64,000 nucleotides of DNA, taken from assembly GCA_964497535.1 (NCBI GenBank), contig CAZCCG010000001.1:291425-355424 (forward strand), written 5' to 3'. Position numbers and translations under genes: made by a program. The notes beneath the pieces were generated by a model. It saw only the letters and a program-made list of their open reading frames with translations, had not been told where the DNA came from and ran no database searches. How positions within the stretch are numbered: the stretch's first letter is position 1; each line of letters opens with the position of its first letter. Positions 10,965-20,831 of the stretch are shown piece by piece. Source of the DNA: an uncultured Gammaproteobacteria bacterium. GTDB taxonomy: Bacteria; Patescibacteriota; Microgenomatia; Levybacterales; UBA12049.

Positions 10965-13706
10965 ATGTTAGGTAATTTATTCGGCCAAAAAAGACTGGAT
11001 CAACAACCAAACCAACCAGGAGTTTCTGCAACCCCGTCGGTGGTATCTCCTGTAGATAAAGCAGTACAAGAGTCCAATTCAGCACCACCGGCACAGCCAT
11101 CTGTCCCATCAGCTCAAAAAACAGTTGTAGGCTCGTCTATGGAACCCACACGGCGGGGAGATCTGTCAGCATTGTCACATTTGGATTCTCGTACCACGGC
11201 CGTGTTATCTCACGCCCAGGCGGAAGCAATGCGTATAAAACAAGCATTCATAGAACCTGATACCGTCTTATTTGGTTTGTTATACGATGAGGAAGTATTT
11301 AAATTACTAGAACAATTTTCTGTGGATGTTGCAAAGCTATCACGGGAATTACAGGCAAAAGAAAAACCGGGAACGTTTACCGGTCAACCAACCTTAAGTG
11401 ATCCTTCAAAACAACTTTTTGAGCAAGCATTCAGTAATGCAAAAAATCGGGCAAGTGATTTCATCAGTCCGGAAGATCTTTTAATCTGCCTATTTGGGCC
11501 CAATCTTTCAACTGGTACTATTCTAAAAGAACAGGGGTTGGCTAAAGAAAAAGTAGAGGAAAAACTTTCCAAAGCTACCGGCAGTTCGTATGGGAAAAAA
11601 TCAATGCTTGATAAATATGGTATTGACCTTACAGAGCAAGCAAAAGAAGGAAAACTTGATCCGATTGCAGGACGTGATAAAGAAATTGACCGGCTTGCTC
11701 ATATATTATTGCGGCGTACCAAAAATAATCCGATTATTATCGGTGAAGCGGGAACCGGTAAGACAGCTATTGTGGAAGGATTAGCAGAAAACATTGCGGC
11801 AGGAAAGGTACCTAAAGAGTTGTCAGGAAAACGAATTTTTCAAGTGGATATTGCTTCTTTAGTTGCCGGTGCATCACACCGGGGCGAATTTGAAGAACGG
11901 CTCAAAGGGGTAGTAAATGAGGCAATGGCATCTGCAGGCCAAACTATATTATTTATTGATGAAATTCATACATTGATGGGTGCAGGAGGAGAGGAAGGAG
12001 CTTTGGATGCATCAAATATTATTAAACCATATTTGGCTCGCGGGCAACTACAAATTATCGGAACAACTACAACAAGTGAATACCGAAAATATTTTGAAAA
12101 AGATAAAGCATTTGCCAGACGATTTCAACCTGTCCTTTGTGAGGAACCAAATGAAGAAGTCGCTATTGAGATGCTCAAGATCTTGCGGCCGAAATATGAG
12201 AAATTTCATAACGTCAAAATTCCTGATTCCGCGTTGGAAGATGCAGTAAAATTATCAAAAAAATATATTGGAGAACGGTTTTTGCCTGATAAAGCGGTAG
12301 ATTTGATAGATGAAGCAGCAGCAGATGTGAAACTAAAACAGTCTTCAGGACAATCAACCTCGGATGAAGTAACAAAAGAACAAATTCAGCAAGTAGTAAG
12401 TAGTTGGACCGGTATTCCGGTAACAAAATTGACAGAAGATGAAAGTGCAAAACTCTTAAAACTTGAAGATCGTATTCACGATCGTTTGATCGATCAAGCA
12501 GAAGCAGTAGTCGCTGTTGCAGAAGCAGTTCGACGGGGAAGAATTGGGCTTGCTGCTGCCAATCGACCGATTGCTTCATTTATTTTCTTAGGACCTTCAG
12601 GTGTTGGAAAAACAGAATTGGCAAAAACATTGGCTGAAATTCTCTTTGGACGAGATGATGCGATGATCAGATTGGATATGAGTGAATACATGGAAAAACA
12701 CGAAGTCGCAAAGTTGATTGGTGCACCCCCAGGATATGTAGGTTATGAAGAAGGAGGACAGTTAACTGAAGCAGTTCGCACCAAACCATATTCTATTGTA
12801 CTGTTTGATGAAGTTGAAAAGGCACATCCGGATGTATTCAATATGTTACTCCAGCTTCTAGAAGACGGGAGACTTACTGATAATAAGGGTAATACTGTTT
12901 CATTTAAAAATACAATTGTTATTTGTACTTCAAATATAGGAAGTGCATTGATTCAGCAAAAGCTGGGTGAGCAGGAAAAAGGAAAGCAGTTAACACCTGA
13001 AGAAGAGAATAAGAGCTTTGCGCAGTTATCAGAGTTAGTAACTGCAGAACTGCGAAAATTCTTCCGGCCGGAATTATTAAATAGATTTGATGATATTGTT
13101 ATCTTTAAACCGCTGCGAAGACAGGACATGGCGGCAATTGCAAAACTTGGAATTGAAAAAACATCAAAACTACTAGGAGAACAAAATATAAAATTGACAA
13201 TTACTGATAAAGCATTGAATCAGCTTGCTCTTGAGGGATATGACCCAGTATATGGGGCACGACCGCTTCGCCGATTGATTCAAACAGCAATTGAAAATCC
13301 TATCGCTCTGGCAATTATCAGTAAAAAATTTGTAGCCGGTGATACAATTACGATTGATTATGATGACACAAAAAAAGACTTTGTTTTTACCAAACAGCCG
13401 TCTGTCCAATCTCCTCCACCTGGTCAGCCGGGACAAAATAATTCTTCACCAGTATCAGCCCCTGCGCAGACAAACCCAACCGATGTTCAATCTTCTGAGC
13501 AGCAAGCTCAGGTAACTGATCCTACTGCGCTTCCACAGCAACCTGATAATCAATTGCCCCCGCAGCAACCGATGCCGGACGCTACAAATACGGCTCAAAC
13601 GGCTCAGCCGTTGATTGTGCAACCTCCAGTGGATAATGGAGCACCTCAAGAAAAGCCTACGGTTACGGATCAAGGAACACAAATGCAGCCTACCAATCCA
13701 TCCTAG
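10965..13706 (+). CDS. Clp/Hsp100 double-ring ATPase with P/Q-rich termini
   Basis: Clp N domain, [42 protein letters not shown]. Confidence 0.93.
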   Translation: MLGNLFGQKRLDQQPNQPGVSATPSVVSPVDKAVQESNSAPPAQPSVPSAQKTVVGSSMEPTRRGDLSALSHLDSRTTAVLSHAQAEAMRIKQAFIEPDTVLFGLLYDEEVFKLLEQFSVDVAKLSRELQAKEKPGTFTGQPTLSDPSKQLFEQAFSNAKNRASDFISPEDLLICLFGPNLSTGTILKEQGLAKEKVEEKLSKATGSSYGKKSMLDKYGIDLTEQAKEGKLDPIAGRDKEIDRLAHILLRRTKNNPIIIGEAGTGKTAIVEGLAENIAAGKVPKELSGKRIFQVDIASLVAGASHRGEFEERLKGVVNEAMASAGQTILFIDEIHTLMGAGGEEGALDASNIIKPYLARGQLQIIGTTTTSEYRKYFEKDKAFARRFQPVLCEEPNEEVAIEMLKILRPKYEKFHNVKIPDSALEDAVKLSKKYIGERFLPDKAVDLIDEAAADVKLKQSSGQSTSDEVTKEQIQQVVSSWTGIPVTKLTEDESAKLLKLEDRIHDRLIDQAEAVVAVAEAVRRGRIGLAAANRPIASFIFLGPSGVGKTELAKTLAEILFGRDDAMIRLDMSEYMEKHEVAKLIGAPPGYVGYEEGGQLTEAVRTKPYSIVLFDEVEKAHPDVFNMLLQLLEDGRLTDNKGNTVSFKNTIVICTSNIGSALIQQKLGEQEKGKQLTPEEENKSFAQLSELVTAELRKFFRPELLNRFDDIVIFKPLRRQDMAAIAKLGIEKTSKLLGEQNIKLTITDKALNQLALEGYDPVYGARPLRRLIQTAIENPIALAIISKKFVAGDTITIDYDDTKKDFVFTKQPSVQSPPPGQPGQNNSSPVSAPAQTNPTDVQSSEQQAQVTDPTALPQQPDNQLPPQQPMPDATNTAQTAQPLIVQPPVDNGAPQEKPTVTDQGTQMQPTNPS

Positions 13707-13721
13707 CCCGCAGGTTCATGT

Positions 13722-16448
13722 ATGACAAACCATGTGCAAAAAAAAGCCCTCATAGTAGCAGGCATATTATTTTTTTGTTTGCTGTTAATTGGGGCATTTA
13801 TTTTTTCAAAAAATAATTACCGACAATCTTTCCCACGAGTTGCCAAAACTCCTAAAATTGCTACCTATGTACCCGGTCAATTAGTTATCAAATATAAAGA
13901 GGGATATAATCTTTCCCAGATTTCAGATCCTGTTATTGTACAAAAAGTGGAAGCAGCATTTGCGCAAATTGGAGTGGTATCTCAGCAAAAAGTATTTCAG
14001 TCAAAAGACAAAAATCTATCAGGATATTACTTATTGAAGTTAAAACCGGGAGTCAGGGTAATACATGCACAAGAACAATTGGTAAAAATGGATATCATTG
14101 AAAATGCTACACCGAATTATAACTTGGATTTACAAGTTACTCCAAATGATCCGTTATATCAGGTTTACCAATGGAATTTGAAAAAAATCAATATGCCCGA
14201 TGCGTGGGGTGTAGCACATGCATCAAGCAAGGTTATCGTAGCAGTTTTGGATAGCGGTATTGACTATACCCAAGAAGATCTTCCTGGAAATATTATACGA
14301 GGAAATAATTATGCAACGAATACTTCCGATTCAACCGACACATTTGGTCATGGGACTTTTGTAGCAGGGATCATTGCGGCACTAACTAATAATAACAAAG
14401 GGGTGAGTAGTATTGCGGATGGTATACAGCTGATGGGTGTAAAAGTAACTGATGAAAATAAAGGAACAGCTTTGACTATGGTTCAGGGATTTGTAGATGC
14501 AGTAAATGGAGGTGCGAAGGTTATCAATTTAAGTATTGGTGCTACAAAGAGGTGCAGTGAAATTCCGATATTGGATGAAGCATTTTCTTATGCTGCAGCG
14601 CAAGGGGTTGTTATTGTTGCATCGGCTGGAAATGATAATCTGGATGCCGCAAATGTAATCCCCGCATCCTGTAACCATATTATTACTGTGGGGGGAACGA
14701 TGCAGGGAGATGAGAGAGCGCCTTTTTCAAACTGGGGAGGTCCAGTTGTTATTTCAGCCCCGGCAGTGGATATTATTTCTACAAATTCAAAGCAAAATAA
14801 ACTGGCAGCTGCATTTTCTTGTCCGGTTATATCCAGCAATTACAGCATTTGTCCCGGTACGTCATTTTCCGCTCCTCAAGTTTCAGCAGCAGCAGCGTTA
14901 TTATTATCGGTAAATCCTTCTTTAACGCCGGATGATATCAAAAACTGTTTGGTCCAGAGTGGGGATCCCATTACTACAGATAAACCAATTGGTACCCGAC
15001 TCAACGTTTATAAGGCTTTGCTTACTTGCGGCCATGTAACACCTGTTCCAAGTACAATAACTCCAACTCAAACAGCAACACTAAGCGGTACCATAATTCC
15101 CACCCCAAGCAGTACACTATCTGCCACTCCAGTGCCTACTGCACCTCCCGGTTGTTCTTATCAACCCATAAACTGTCCACAGATATGTAACACTACTCTC
15201 TGTCCAACTTGTCCTCCTGCTCAACTGATTTGTGACACTCCGACTCCGGTAGGAAGCAGTTCTGCGACCCCTACTCCTAGTATTACATCCTTGACTCCTA
15301 CTCCCACTTCAAGCAACTCAGCACGCTGTAGCGCCGCAAATGGAAATGTCGGGTCTTGTGATCAAATTGGAAGCTGTTCGTATTATTTCTGCTCGCAGCA
15401 GTGCTGGCCGCCCGGTACGCCGCTGGATGTTGCTTGTCCTCCTCGATCGGAAACATTTTGTAAGGCATTTGATAATAGCGTTAATGCCTGTGATAGCGCC
15501 GGAAATTGTTCGTACTATTTTTGCACCAGTTCCTGTTGGCCGACCGGGACGGATGTGGCGGGAGTATGTACTCATGAAATTGTGCATGGTACTGCATTTA
15601 TCGATTACAACAAAAACGGGATTCAGGACTCTACTGACCCCAGCTTTAGCGGGGGAGCGGTTGCATTAAGCGGTCAGGCTACTACTACACAAAAAACAGA
15701 CGCAGAAGGAAGCTATACTTTCTCCGAATTAAAAGCAGGTACCTATCGTGTACAGCTGCATATTGGAAATAAAACGATACAGTCATCTCCGGTTATTTTA
15801 GACCAAACTATATTTAATACTACGGTTAATTTGCCTATTGATCCTGTGATACTACAGACCACAGCAAATTCTGCGTTGAATGCTACTATTTCCATACCGA
15901 AAACGAAAATTGGCGTGAACGAACCGATTACCATTACTGCCCAGGCAAAAGGAAGGAATATCTCAAAAATCGGAATTTACCGAGCCCATCCCGGTTCTTA
16001 TACGGATTACCAATCAAATTGGAATTTAAACGTAATAGCGCAAAAAGATTGTAACAATCAAGATTCCTGTTCAGTTCCGGGAACATGGACACCCAAAGAA
16101 CCGGGAGATATCGGGACATGGTATGTAATTGTTCAAGCTGTAACATCAGACGGTATACAGTGTACCGGTAACCCATTGGTAAATGATGGTTTCATAGGAC
16201 CGGAACCGGGAGAAAAAATCTGGTACCGGTGCAATGATAAAAAAGATTCCGGAGAAATTGAAGTGCTTGCCCCTGCACAGAAAGCGGGAAAAGCATCAGT
16301 AACACCCTCAAAAAGTGGTCCAACTCCGACTCCAACACCTGTTTTATATAAGTGTGGTGAGGACCCAACATGCAGTAAACTACAAAAGAGTTTGAATCTT
16401 TGCCGTTTGAAATGTTGTCGAATAGATAATCTCAGTATTTGCAAGTAA
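13722..16448 (+). CDS. Membrane-anchored S8 subtilase with Cys-rich, SdrD-B-like and Ig-like modules
   Basis: N-terminal TM, prodomain, triad LDSG/GHGT/GTSFSAP, PT linkers, FIDYNKNGIQD. Confidence 0.9.
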   Translation: MTNHVQKKALIVAGILFFCLLLIGAFIFSKNNYRQSFPRVAKTPKIATYVPGQLVIKYKEGYNLSQISDPVIVQKVEAAFAQIGVVSQQKVFQSKDKNLSGYYLLKLKPGVRVIHAQEQLVKMDIIENATPNYNLDLQVTPNDPLYQVYQWNLKKINMPDAWGVAHASSKVIVAVLDSGIDYTQEDLPGNIIRGNNYATNTSDSTDTFGHGTFVAGIIAALTNNNKGVSSIADGIQLMGVKVTDENKGTALTMVQGFVDAVNGGAKVINLSIGATKRCSEIPILDEAFSYAAAQGVVIVASAGNDNLDAANVIPASCNHIITVGGTMQGDERAPFSNWGGPVVISAPAVDIISTNSKQNKLAAAFSCPVISSNYSICPGTSFSAPQVSAAAALLLSVNPSLTPDDIKNCLVQSGDPITTDKPIGTRLNVYKALLTCGHVTPVPSTITPTQTATLSGTIIPTPSSTLSATPVPTAPPGCSYQPINCPQICNTTLCPTCPPAQLICDTPTPVGSSSATPTPSITSLTPTPTSSNSARCSAANGNVGSCDQIGSCSYYFCSQQCWPPGTPLDVACPPRSETFCKAFDNSVNACDSAGNCSYYFCTSSCWPTGTDVAGVCTHEIVHGTAFIDYNKNGIQDSTDPSFSGGAVALSGQATTTQKTDAEGSYTFSELKAGTYRVQLHIGNKTIQSSPVILDQTIFNTTVNLPIDPVILQTTANSALNATISIPKTKIGVNEPITITAQAKGRNISKIGIYRAHPGSYTDYQSNWNLNVIAQKDCNNQDSCSVPGTWTPKEPGDIGTWYVIVQAVTSDGIQCTGNPLVNDGFIGPEPGEKIWYRCNDKKDSGEIEVLAPAQKAGKASVTPSKSGPTPTPTPVLYKCGEDPTCSKLQKSLNLCRLKCCRIDNLSICK

Positions 16449-16453
16449 AATCT

Positions 16454-16783
16454 ATGTCTTCTTATATAAAATTACCGGTAGTTTTTTTCCATTTCTGGTT
16501 TTTAGAAGCACCTATGGAACTTATTTCTTTTTTCGGAACATTTAACCATGCGTTTCTACAACTATTTTCCCTACCACTTTTTATACGGACTTTTTTCAAA
16601 CCTCTTAAAAATGAATATAGGAAGGGACTTGTTGAATTTTCTATCGTAATGGGGATGGCTGTAAAAGCAGTCCTTATTGCTGTTGATCTTGTATTGTTTG
16701 GGGGTCTCCTATTTATTGAAACAGGTTTTATTGTACTATTTTTTGTATTTCCCTTTATACCAATTGCATTATTATTTTGGTGA
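16454..16783 (+). CDS. Small membrane protein coupled to the downstream Clp ATPase
   Basis: Hydrophobic 109-aa ORF (FSLPLFIRTFFKP); stop is 1 nt before the next ATG. Confidence 0.75.
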   Translation: MSSYIKLPVVFFHFWFLEAPMELISFFGTFNHAFLQLFSLPLFIRTFFKPLKNEYRKGLVEFSIVMGMAVKAVLIAVDLVLFGGLLFIETGFIVLFFVFPFIPIALLFW

Positions 16784-16784
16784 T

Positions 16785-19199
16785 ATGTTTTTTATACAAT
16801 CAATTATTCTCGAAAAAATATACACATTTTTTCCTCTTCAGGTACTGAAATTTCTCCTGGCAGGAATTTGTATTATTTGGATTGTTATAGATACAGGTAG
16901 TGGCGGATTTGCGAAAATTCCTCTTATTCTATTATGTCTGATTGGTATAACCGATATCTTTTTTCGGTTCAAGATAGAACATATCGGCCCCGGTTATACT
17001 ATTTCTTCTGTTGATCAACACCATCCGATACTTGCATGCAGCCGGGAAGCTGCAAGAATTCTTTTGAATGCATCAACTATTTCTGAAGTCAGAACGAAAT
17101 TATTTATCTGTCCTCAAGTACAATTCTTATTTCAAAGATTGGGAATCAGTAGCAGTGAAGTATCTGCAGAAGATATATCTGTGGAGGAAGTTTTAGCTCA
17201 AGCGTTGCATATTGTTGGGGGATTACAAGGTCAGTATATAACAACAATGGATGTTGTAACAGCATATCTGTTTTTAACAGAACCCAAGACGAAATACTTA
17301 TTTACAGCTCATATAAAAACGGAAGATTTACTTATGGTATTGGAATGGGGACGCAGGAAATATCACAATGAAGAGTTTCCGCCTCATCCTAAGATTCAGT
17401 ATAACGGAGGAGGGATTGGAGAGTCTCTAATAACAGGATGGACACCAGAGACTCGAAAATATACTCTTAACTTAACTGCGGAGGCAGTAAATAATACCAT
17501 TACTGTGATAGGGAGAGAACAATCATTTGATCTTCTTACTCAGACACTTTTGAAAAATGATAATAATAATGCTCTTTTGGTGGGTAATACCGGTACCGGA
17601 AAAGAAAATTTGGTCAAAGCACTCGCACAAAAAAGTTTTTCAGGACACTTATCACATGGGTTAAATAATAAAGTTATTTATGAACTATTATTGGGGCAAC
17701 TTACTGCCGGGGCAGGAGACCAAAGTGTATTGGAATCAAGGATCCAATCTGTAATTGAAGAAATCAGTCATGCCGGGAATGTTATCCTCTATATCTCTGA
17801 TTTTGAAAATGTAGTGGGGGCCAGCTCTTTCAATATGAATTTAACCGGTGCTTTATCTCCCTATATCCAAACCGGACAGTTACCGATTATTGGGACAGTA
17901 ACTGAAGGAAGCTATAAGGAGTTTCTACAAAATAATCCTTTTACCCAGGCCTTTGAAGTAATTACTATTCCTGATCCATCGTTAGATGTTGCGCTTGAAA
18001 TGGTTCTGTTTGGGATTTCCGATCTTGAAAAGAAAAATCCCGTGATTATTACCTATAAAGCGATTCAATCGGCTGTTACGTTAAGTTCTCGTTTTGAAGA
18101 AGGAGTAAGTCTCCCCGGTAGTGCATTAAATCTATTGGATTTTACCGCTCAGAAAGTATGTACGGGTCCCAAACAATTTTTTGCCAAAACAAAACGCAAA
18201 TTAGTGGAAGAATTAGACGTTGTCCAAACGGTTGAAGGAAAGATTCATGTATCAATTGCTGAGCCAAATGCATCAGAGAAACAGTTGTTGCTTCATCTGG
18301 AAGAGAAATTGCATGAGAGAGTTGTCGATCAGGTAGATGCAATAACAGCACTATCTGAGAACCTGAGGCGGCTTCGTTCTGGGCTTGCATCTCCAACAAA
18401 ACCTATATCATTTTTATTTTTAGGCCCGACGGGTGTTGGGAAAACCGAAACTGCAAAAGCATTGGCCGATTTATATTATGGAGGAGAAAGCAATATTGTA
18501 CGGCTTGATATGAGTGAATATGGAGATCCGGCGAGTATACAACGGCTGCTTGGTGCCAAACCGGGAGAAGGAAATGAGCGGGGAGAACTAACTGATAAAA
18601 TTCATGATCATCCCAATTCTTTACTATTGCTTGATGAGTTTGAGAAATCAAACCCCAAAATTTTGGATTTATTTTTACAGATACTTGAAGATGGCCGTAT
18701 TACCGATAATAAAGGACGTACCGTATCTTTCATCAATACTCTTATTATTGCTACTTCAAACGCCGGATCAGAATTTATCCGAGAATCGGTACAGAAAGGG
18801 GTTGTGGTCAATAAACAGTTCCAAAAAAGTCTCATGGATTATTTACAACAGGAACGAATTTTCAAGCCGGAGTTATTAAATAGATTTGACAATGTTATTA
18901 CCTTTAAACCGCTTGGTCCCCAAGAGTCACGGCAAATTATTCAGCTTTTGTTGCAAAAGGTCCAGAAAAATTTAGCAGAAAAAGATATTACTGTTGTATT
19001 TAACGATTCGGTTATGGAAAAGATTATGAACGAAGGTATGAATGAGGAATTTGGAGCCAGACCGTTACGCAGATATATTCAAGATTCAATTGAAGACAGA
19101 ATCGCTCAGGCGATGTTAAAAGATGAGGTTAAAAGAGGAGATTCAATAATTATATCTGTAGATCCGGCAAGTAATACAGTAGGTATTAAAAGCGTTTAG
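16785..19199 (+). CDS. Membrane-anchored Clp/Hsp100-like ATPase with degenerate NBD1
   Basis: Two N-terminal TM segments; NBD1 GNTGTGKE/YISDF; NBD2 GPTGVGKT/LLDEFEK, GARPLRR. Confidence 0.88.
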   Translation: MFFIQSIILEKIYTFFPLQVLKFLLAGICIIWIVIDTGSGGFAKIPLILLCLIGITDIFFRFKIEHIGPGYTISSVDQHHPILACSREAARILLNASTISEVRTKLFICPQVQFLFQRLGISSSEVSAEDISVEEVLAQALHIVGGLQGQYITTMDVVTAYLFLTEPKTKYLFTAHIKTEDLLMVLEWGRRKYHNEEFPPHPKIQYNGGGIGESLITGWTPETRKYTLNLTAEAVNNTITVIGREQSFDLLTQTLLKNDNNNALLVGNTGTGKENLVKALAQKSFSGHLSHGLNNKVIYELLLGQLTAGAGDQSVLESRIQSVIEEISHAGNVILYISDFENVVGASSFNMNLTGALSPYIQTGQLPIIGTVTEGSYKEFLQNNPFTQAFEVITIPDPSLDVALEMVLFGISDLEKKNPVIITYKAIQSAVTLSSRFEEGVSLPGSALNLLDFTAQKVCTGPKQFFAKTKRKLVEELDVVQTVEGKIHVSIAEPNASEKQLLLHLEEKLHERVVDQVDAITALSENLRRLRSGLASPTKPISFLFLGPTGVGKTETAKALADLYYGGESNIVRLDMSEYGDPASIQRLLGAKPGEGNERGELTDKIHDHPNSLLLLDEFEKSNPKILDLFLQILEDGRITDNKGRTVSFINTLIIATSNAGSEFIRESVQKGVVVNKQFQKSLMDYLQQERIFKPELLNRFDNVITFKPLGPQESRQIIQLLLQKVQKNLAEKDITVVFNDSVMEKIMNEGMNEEFGARPLRRYIQDSIEDRIAQAMLKDEVKRGDSIIISVDPASNTVGIKSV

Positions 19200-19327
19200 T
19201 TGGTAAGGGTATAGCGTCTAGTTGGTCGGAACACGAAATAGGGGGCACGGTATGGTATACGAGAAGAGATAAAATTAAACAATTATTCTTATACTAAATA
19301 GAAGATACATAATACCAAATACTAGAT
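19191..19327. repeat. Degenerate periodic repeat region between convergent genes (element F)
   Basis: agcgt(t/c)tagttggt twice (19191, 19213); right arm with ATAC recurring at about 7-nt period. Confidence 0.45.
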
Positions 19328-20809
19328 CTACATAAAGCAGCTAAAGGGGTGTTTGGTGTCTCTTTTAAATATTCCTCCCCATTCAACAACAGTAAATCCT
19401 CTGCGTTGTGGAGTTTGGATAGTAGGTTCTGCAACAGTGACTTTTGTATCAAGGGCTTGAAAGTATAATGTTACACGAATTGTTGTCTGCGGTTGTGGTT
19501 GGACTAAAATCGGTGAAAGGCTATCCAATTCTTTTTGAGGAATAATTCCTATAAAATAGTAGGGAGAGTTAGGTAATACATGTGCCCAATACTGGGTAAA
19601 TTCGTCCTTTTCGGAATTATTTAACCCCAGTTTACCTAAGAGTCCAGGAAGAAATGTTTTGATAGTATTATATTCAACAACAAATCCCGTCTGGGGTTTT
19701 TGTATCTTTTCATCAGGTAATTCCGCTTCATAATAAAGATAATTATAAGAAGCATTTTGATAGGTAATTTGTCCATCTGGATATGCAGTAACATTCCATC
19801 CCTCTTGTGGATATTGAGGAATCGTCAATGTCATTTTTCCTTGCGGTTTAACAACTACAGTCGCATCTGTTTTTTTCTCAGGATATAAATAAATAGCAGG
19901 TTTACAAAATGGAGAAACCCAAGAACTTGTTCCTGCTGCTTGTGTAGCTGTTTTTATCCAGAACCATCCTAATTGTAAATTGGGTTTATCAGGTATCTGA
20001 GTAGGAACAACAATTTCCTGTTTTGGTTTTTGAGCAGCGGTGGTGGGTGTAATAGAACTGGCGGCACTACAATTTTTAATAAAATCGGGAATTCCAGAGG
20101 TTTGTTCATCTGATTTCCTAAAGTAAACATCGTAAATTGTTTTAGGATTTCCATAACAATAAACGGTAAGATAGTTTCCATTTACACGTTCTGGTTTACC
20201 GTCACGTGTTGCATATCCCATTCCCTCAGCATTACAGATCTTTGTTAAGTCAGCAAGTTTACCAGTACCTGCTTCACCAAAAGTTTTTGATGTTTTGGGA
20301 TCCCCTGCGTATTCAGAGCAATTCTCTTTACAAATATAAATCAACTCTCCTTTTGGTATTGGTGTACAGTCCGAATCTCCATTCCACACTGCTTCTTGAC
20401 CACATTTTGTGCCTGCATGGAAGACTTTATTGTATGCATCAGCAGTGCTAATGATAATTGGATGTCCATCAGGAGATGTTTGTCCACTGTTTTTTAAATG
20501 AAGGACAGATTCAGTAAGATTCACATTTGATTTTAAAAGCCCATATTCTTGAGAGCCTTTCTCGGGATCATTATAGGTAACTGTTTTATTCGGTACTGTT
20601 GTACACTTTTCTTTATCTCCTGTATCACAACAGACTCCAGCACTTTCTGTTGTTGATGTGGTATCGGGAGTCTGCGCAGTTTTTGGGAATTTATAGAAAA
20701 GTCCTGAGAGGACGAGTCCAAGGATAATTGCTCCTATCAAAAAGAGTGTCGGATTTGCATCGCCGCGTGAGTTAAAAAAAGAATCCCTTTTTTTTCTTTG
20801 TTTGGGCAT
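19328..20809 (-). CDS. Membrane-anchored Cys-rich protein with C-terminal KPAIYLYP...VVEWGG domain
   Basis: Basic N-terminus plus TM; C-terminal ~190-aa domain; start ATG 20809 supported by TTGACA-18-TACAAT promoter. Confidence 0.8.
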   Translation of the reverse strand: MPKQRKKRDSFFNSRGDANPTLFLIGAIILGLVLSGLFYKFPKTAQTPDTTSTTESAGVCCDTGDKEKCTTVPNKTVTYNDPEKGSQEYGLLKSNVNLTESVLHLKNSGQTSPDGHPIIISTADAYNKVFHAGTKCGQEAVWNGDSDCTPIPKGELIYICKENCSEYAGDPKTSKTFGEAGTGKLADLTKICNAEGMGYATRDGKPERVNGNYLTVYCYGNPKTIYDVYFRKSDEQTSGIPDFIKNCSAASSITPTTAAQKPKQEIVVPTQIPDKPNLQLGWFWIKTATQAAGTSSWVSPFCKPAIYLYPEKKTDATVVVKPQGKMTLTIPQYPQEGWNVTAYPDGQITYQNASYNYLYYEAELPDEKIQKPQTGFVVEYNTIKTFLPGLLGKLGLNNSEKDEFTQYWAHVLPNSPYYFIGIIPQKELDSLSPILVQPQPQTTIRVTLYFQALDTKVTVAEPTIQTPQRRGFTVVEWGGIFKRDTKHPFSCFM

Positions 20810-20831
20810 AACTTCATTGTAGAGAGGAGGA

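Noticed and set aside
8029-19199. Conjugative element or T6SS (ClpV)
   Set aside because: No relaxase, VirB4/VirD4, integrase, TssB/C, Hcp or VgrG in the window
19207-19240. tRNA-like D-arm (gggtatagcgtctagttggtcggaacac)
   Set aside because: No TTCGA T-loop, anticodon arm or acceptor stem downstream; better explained by the local repeat
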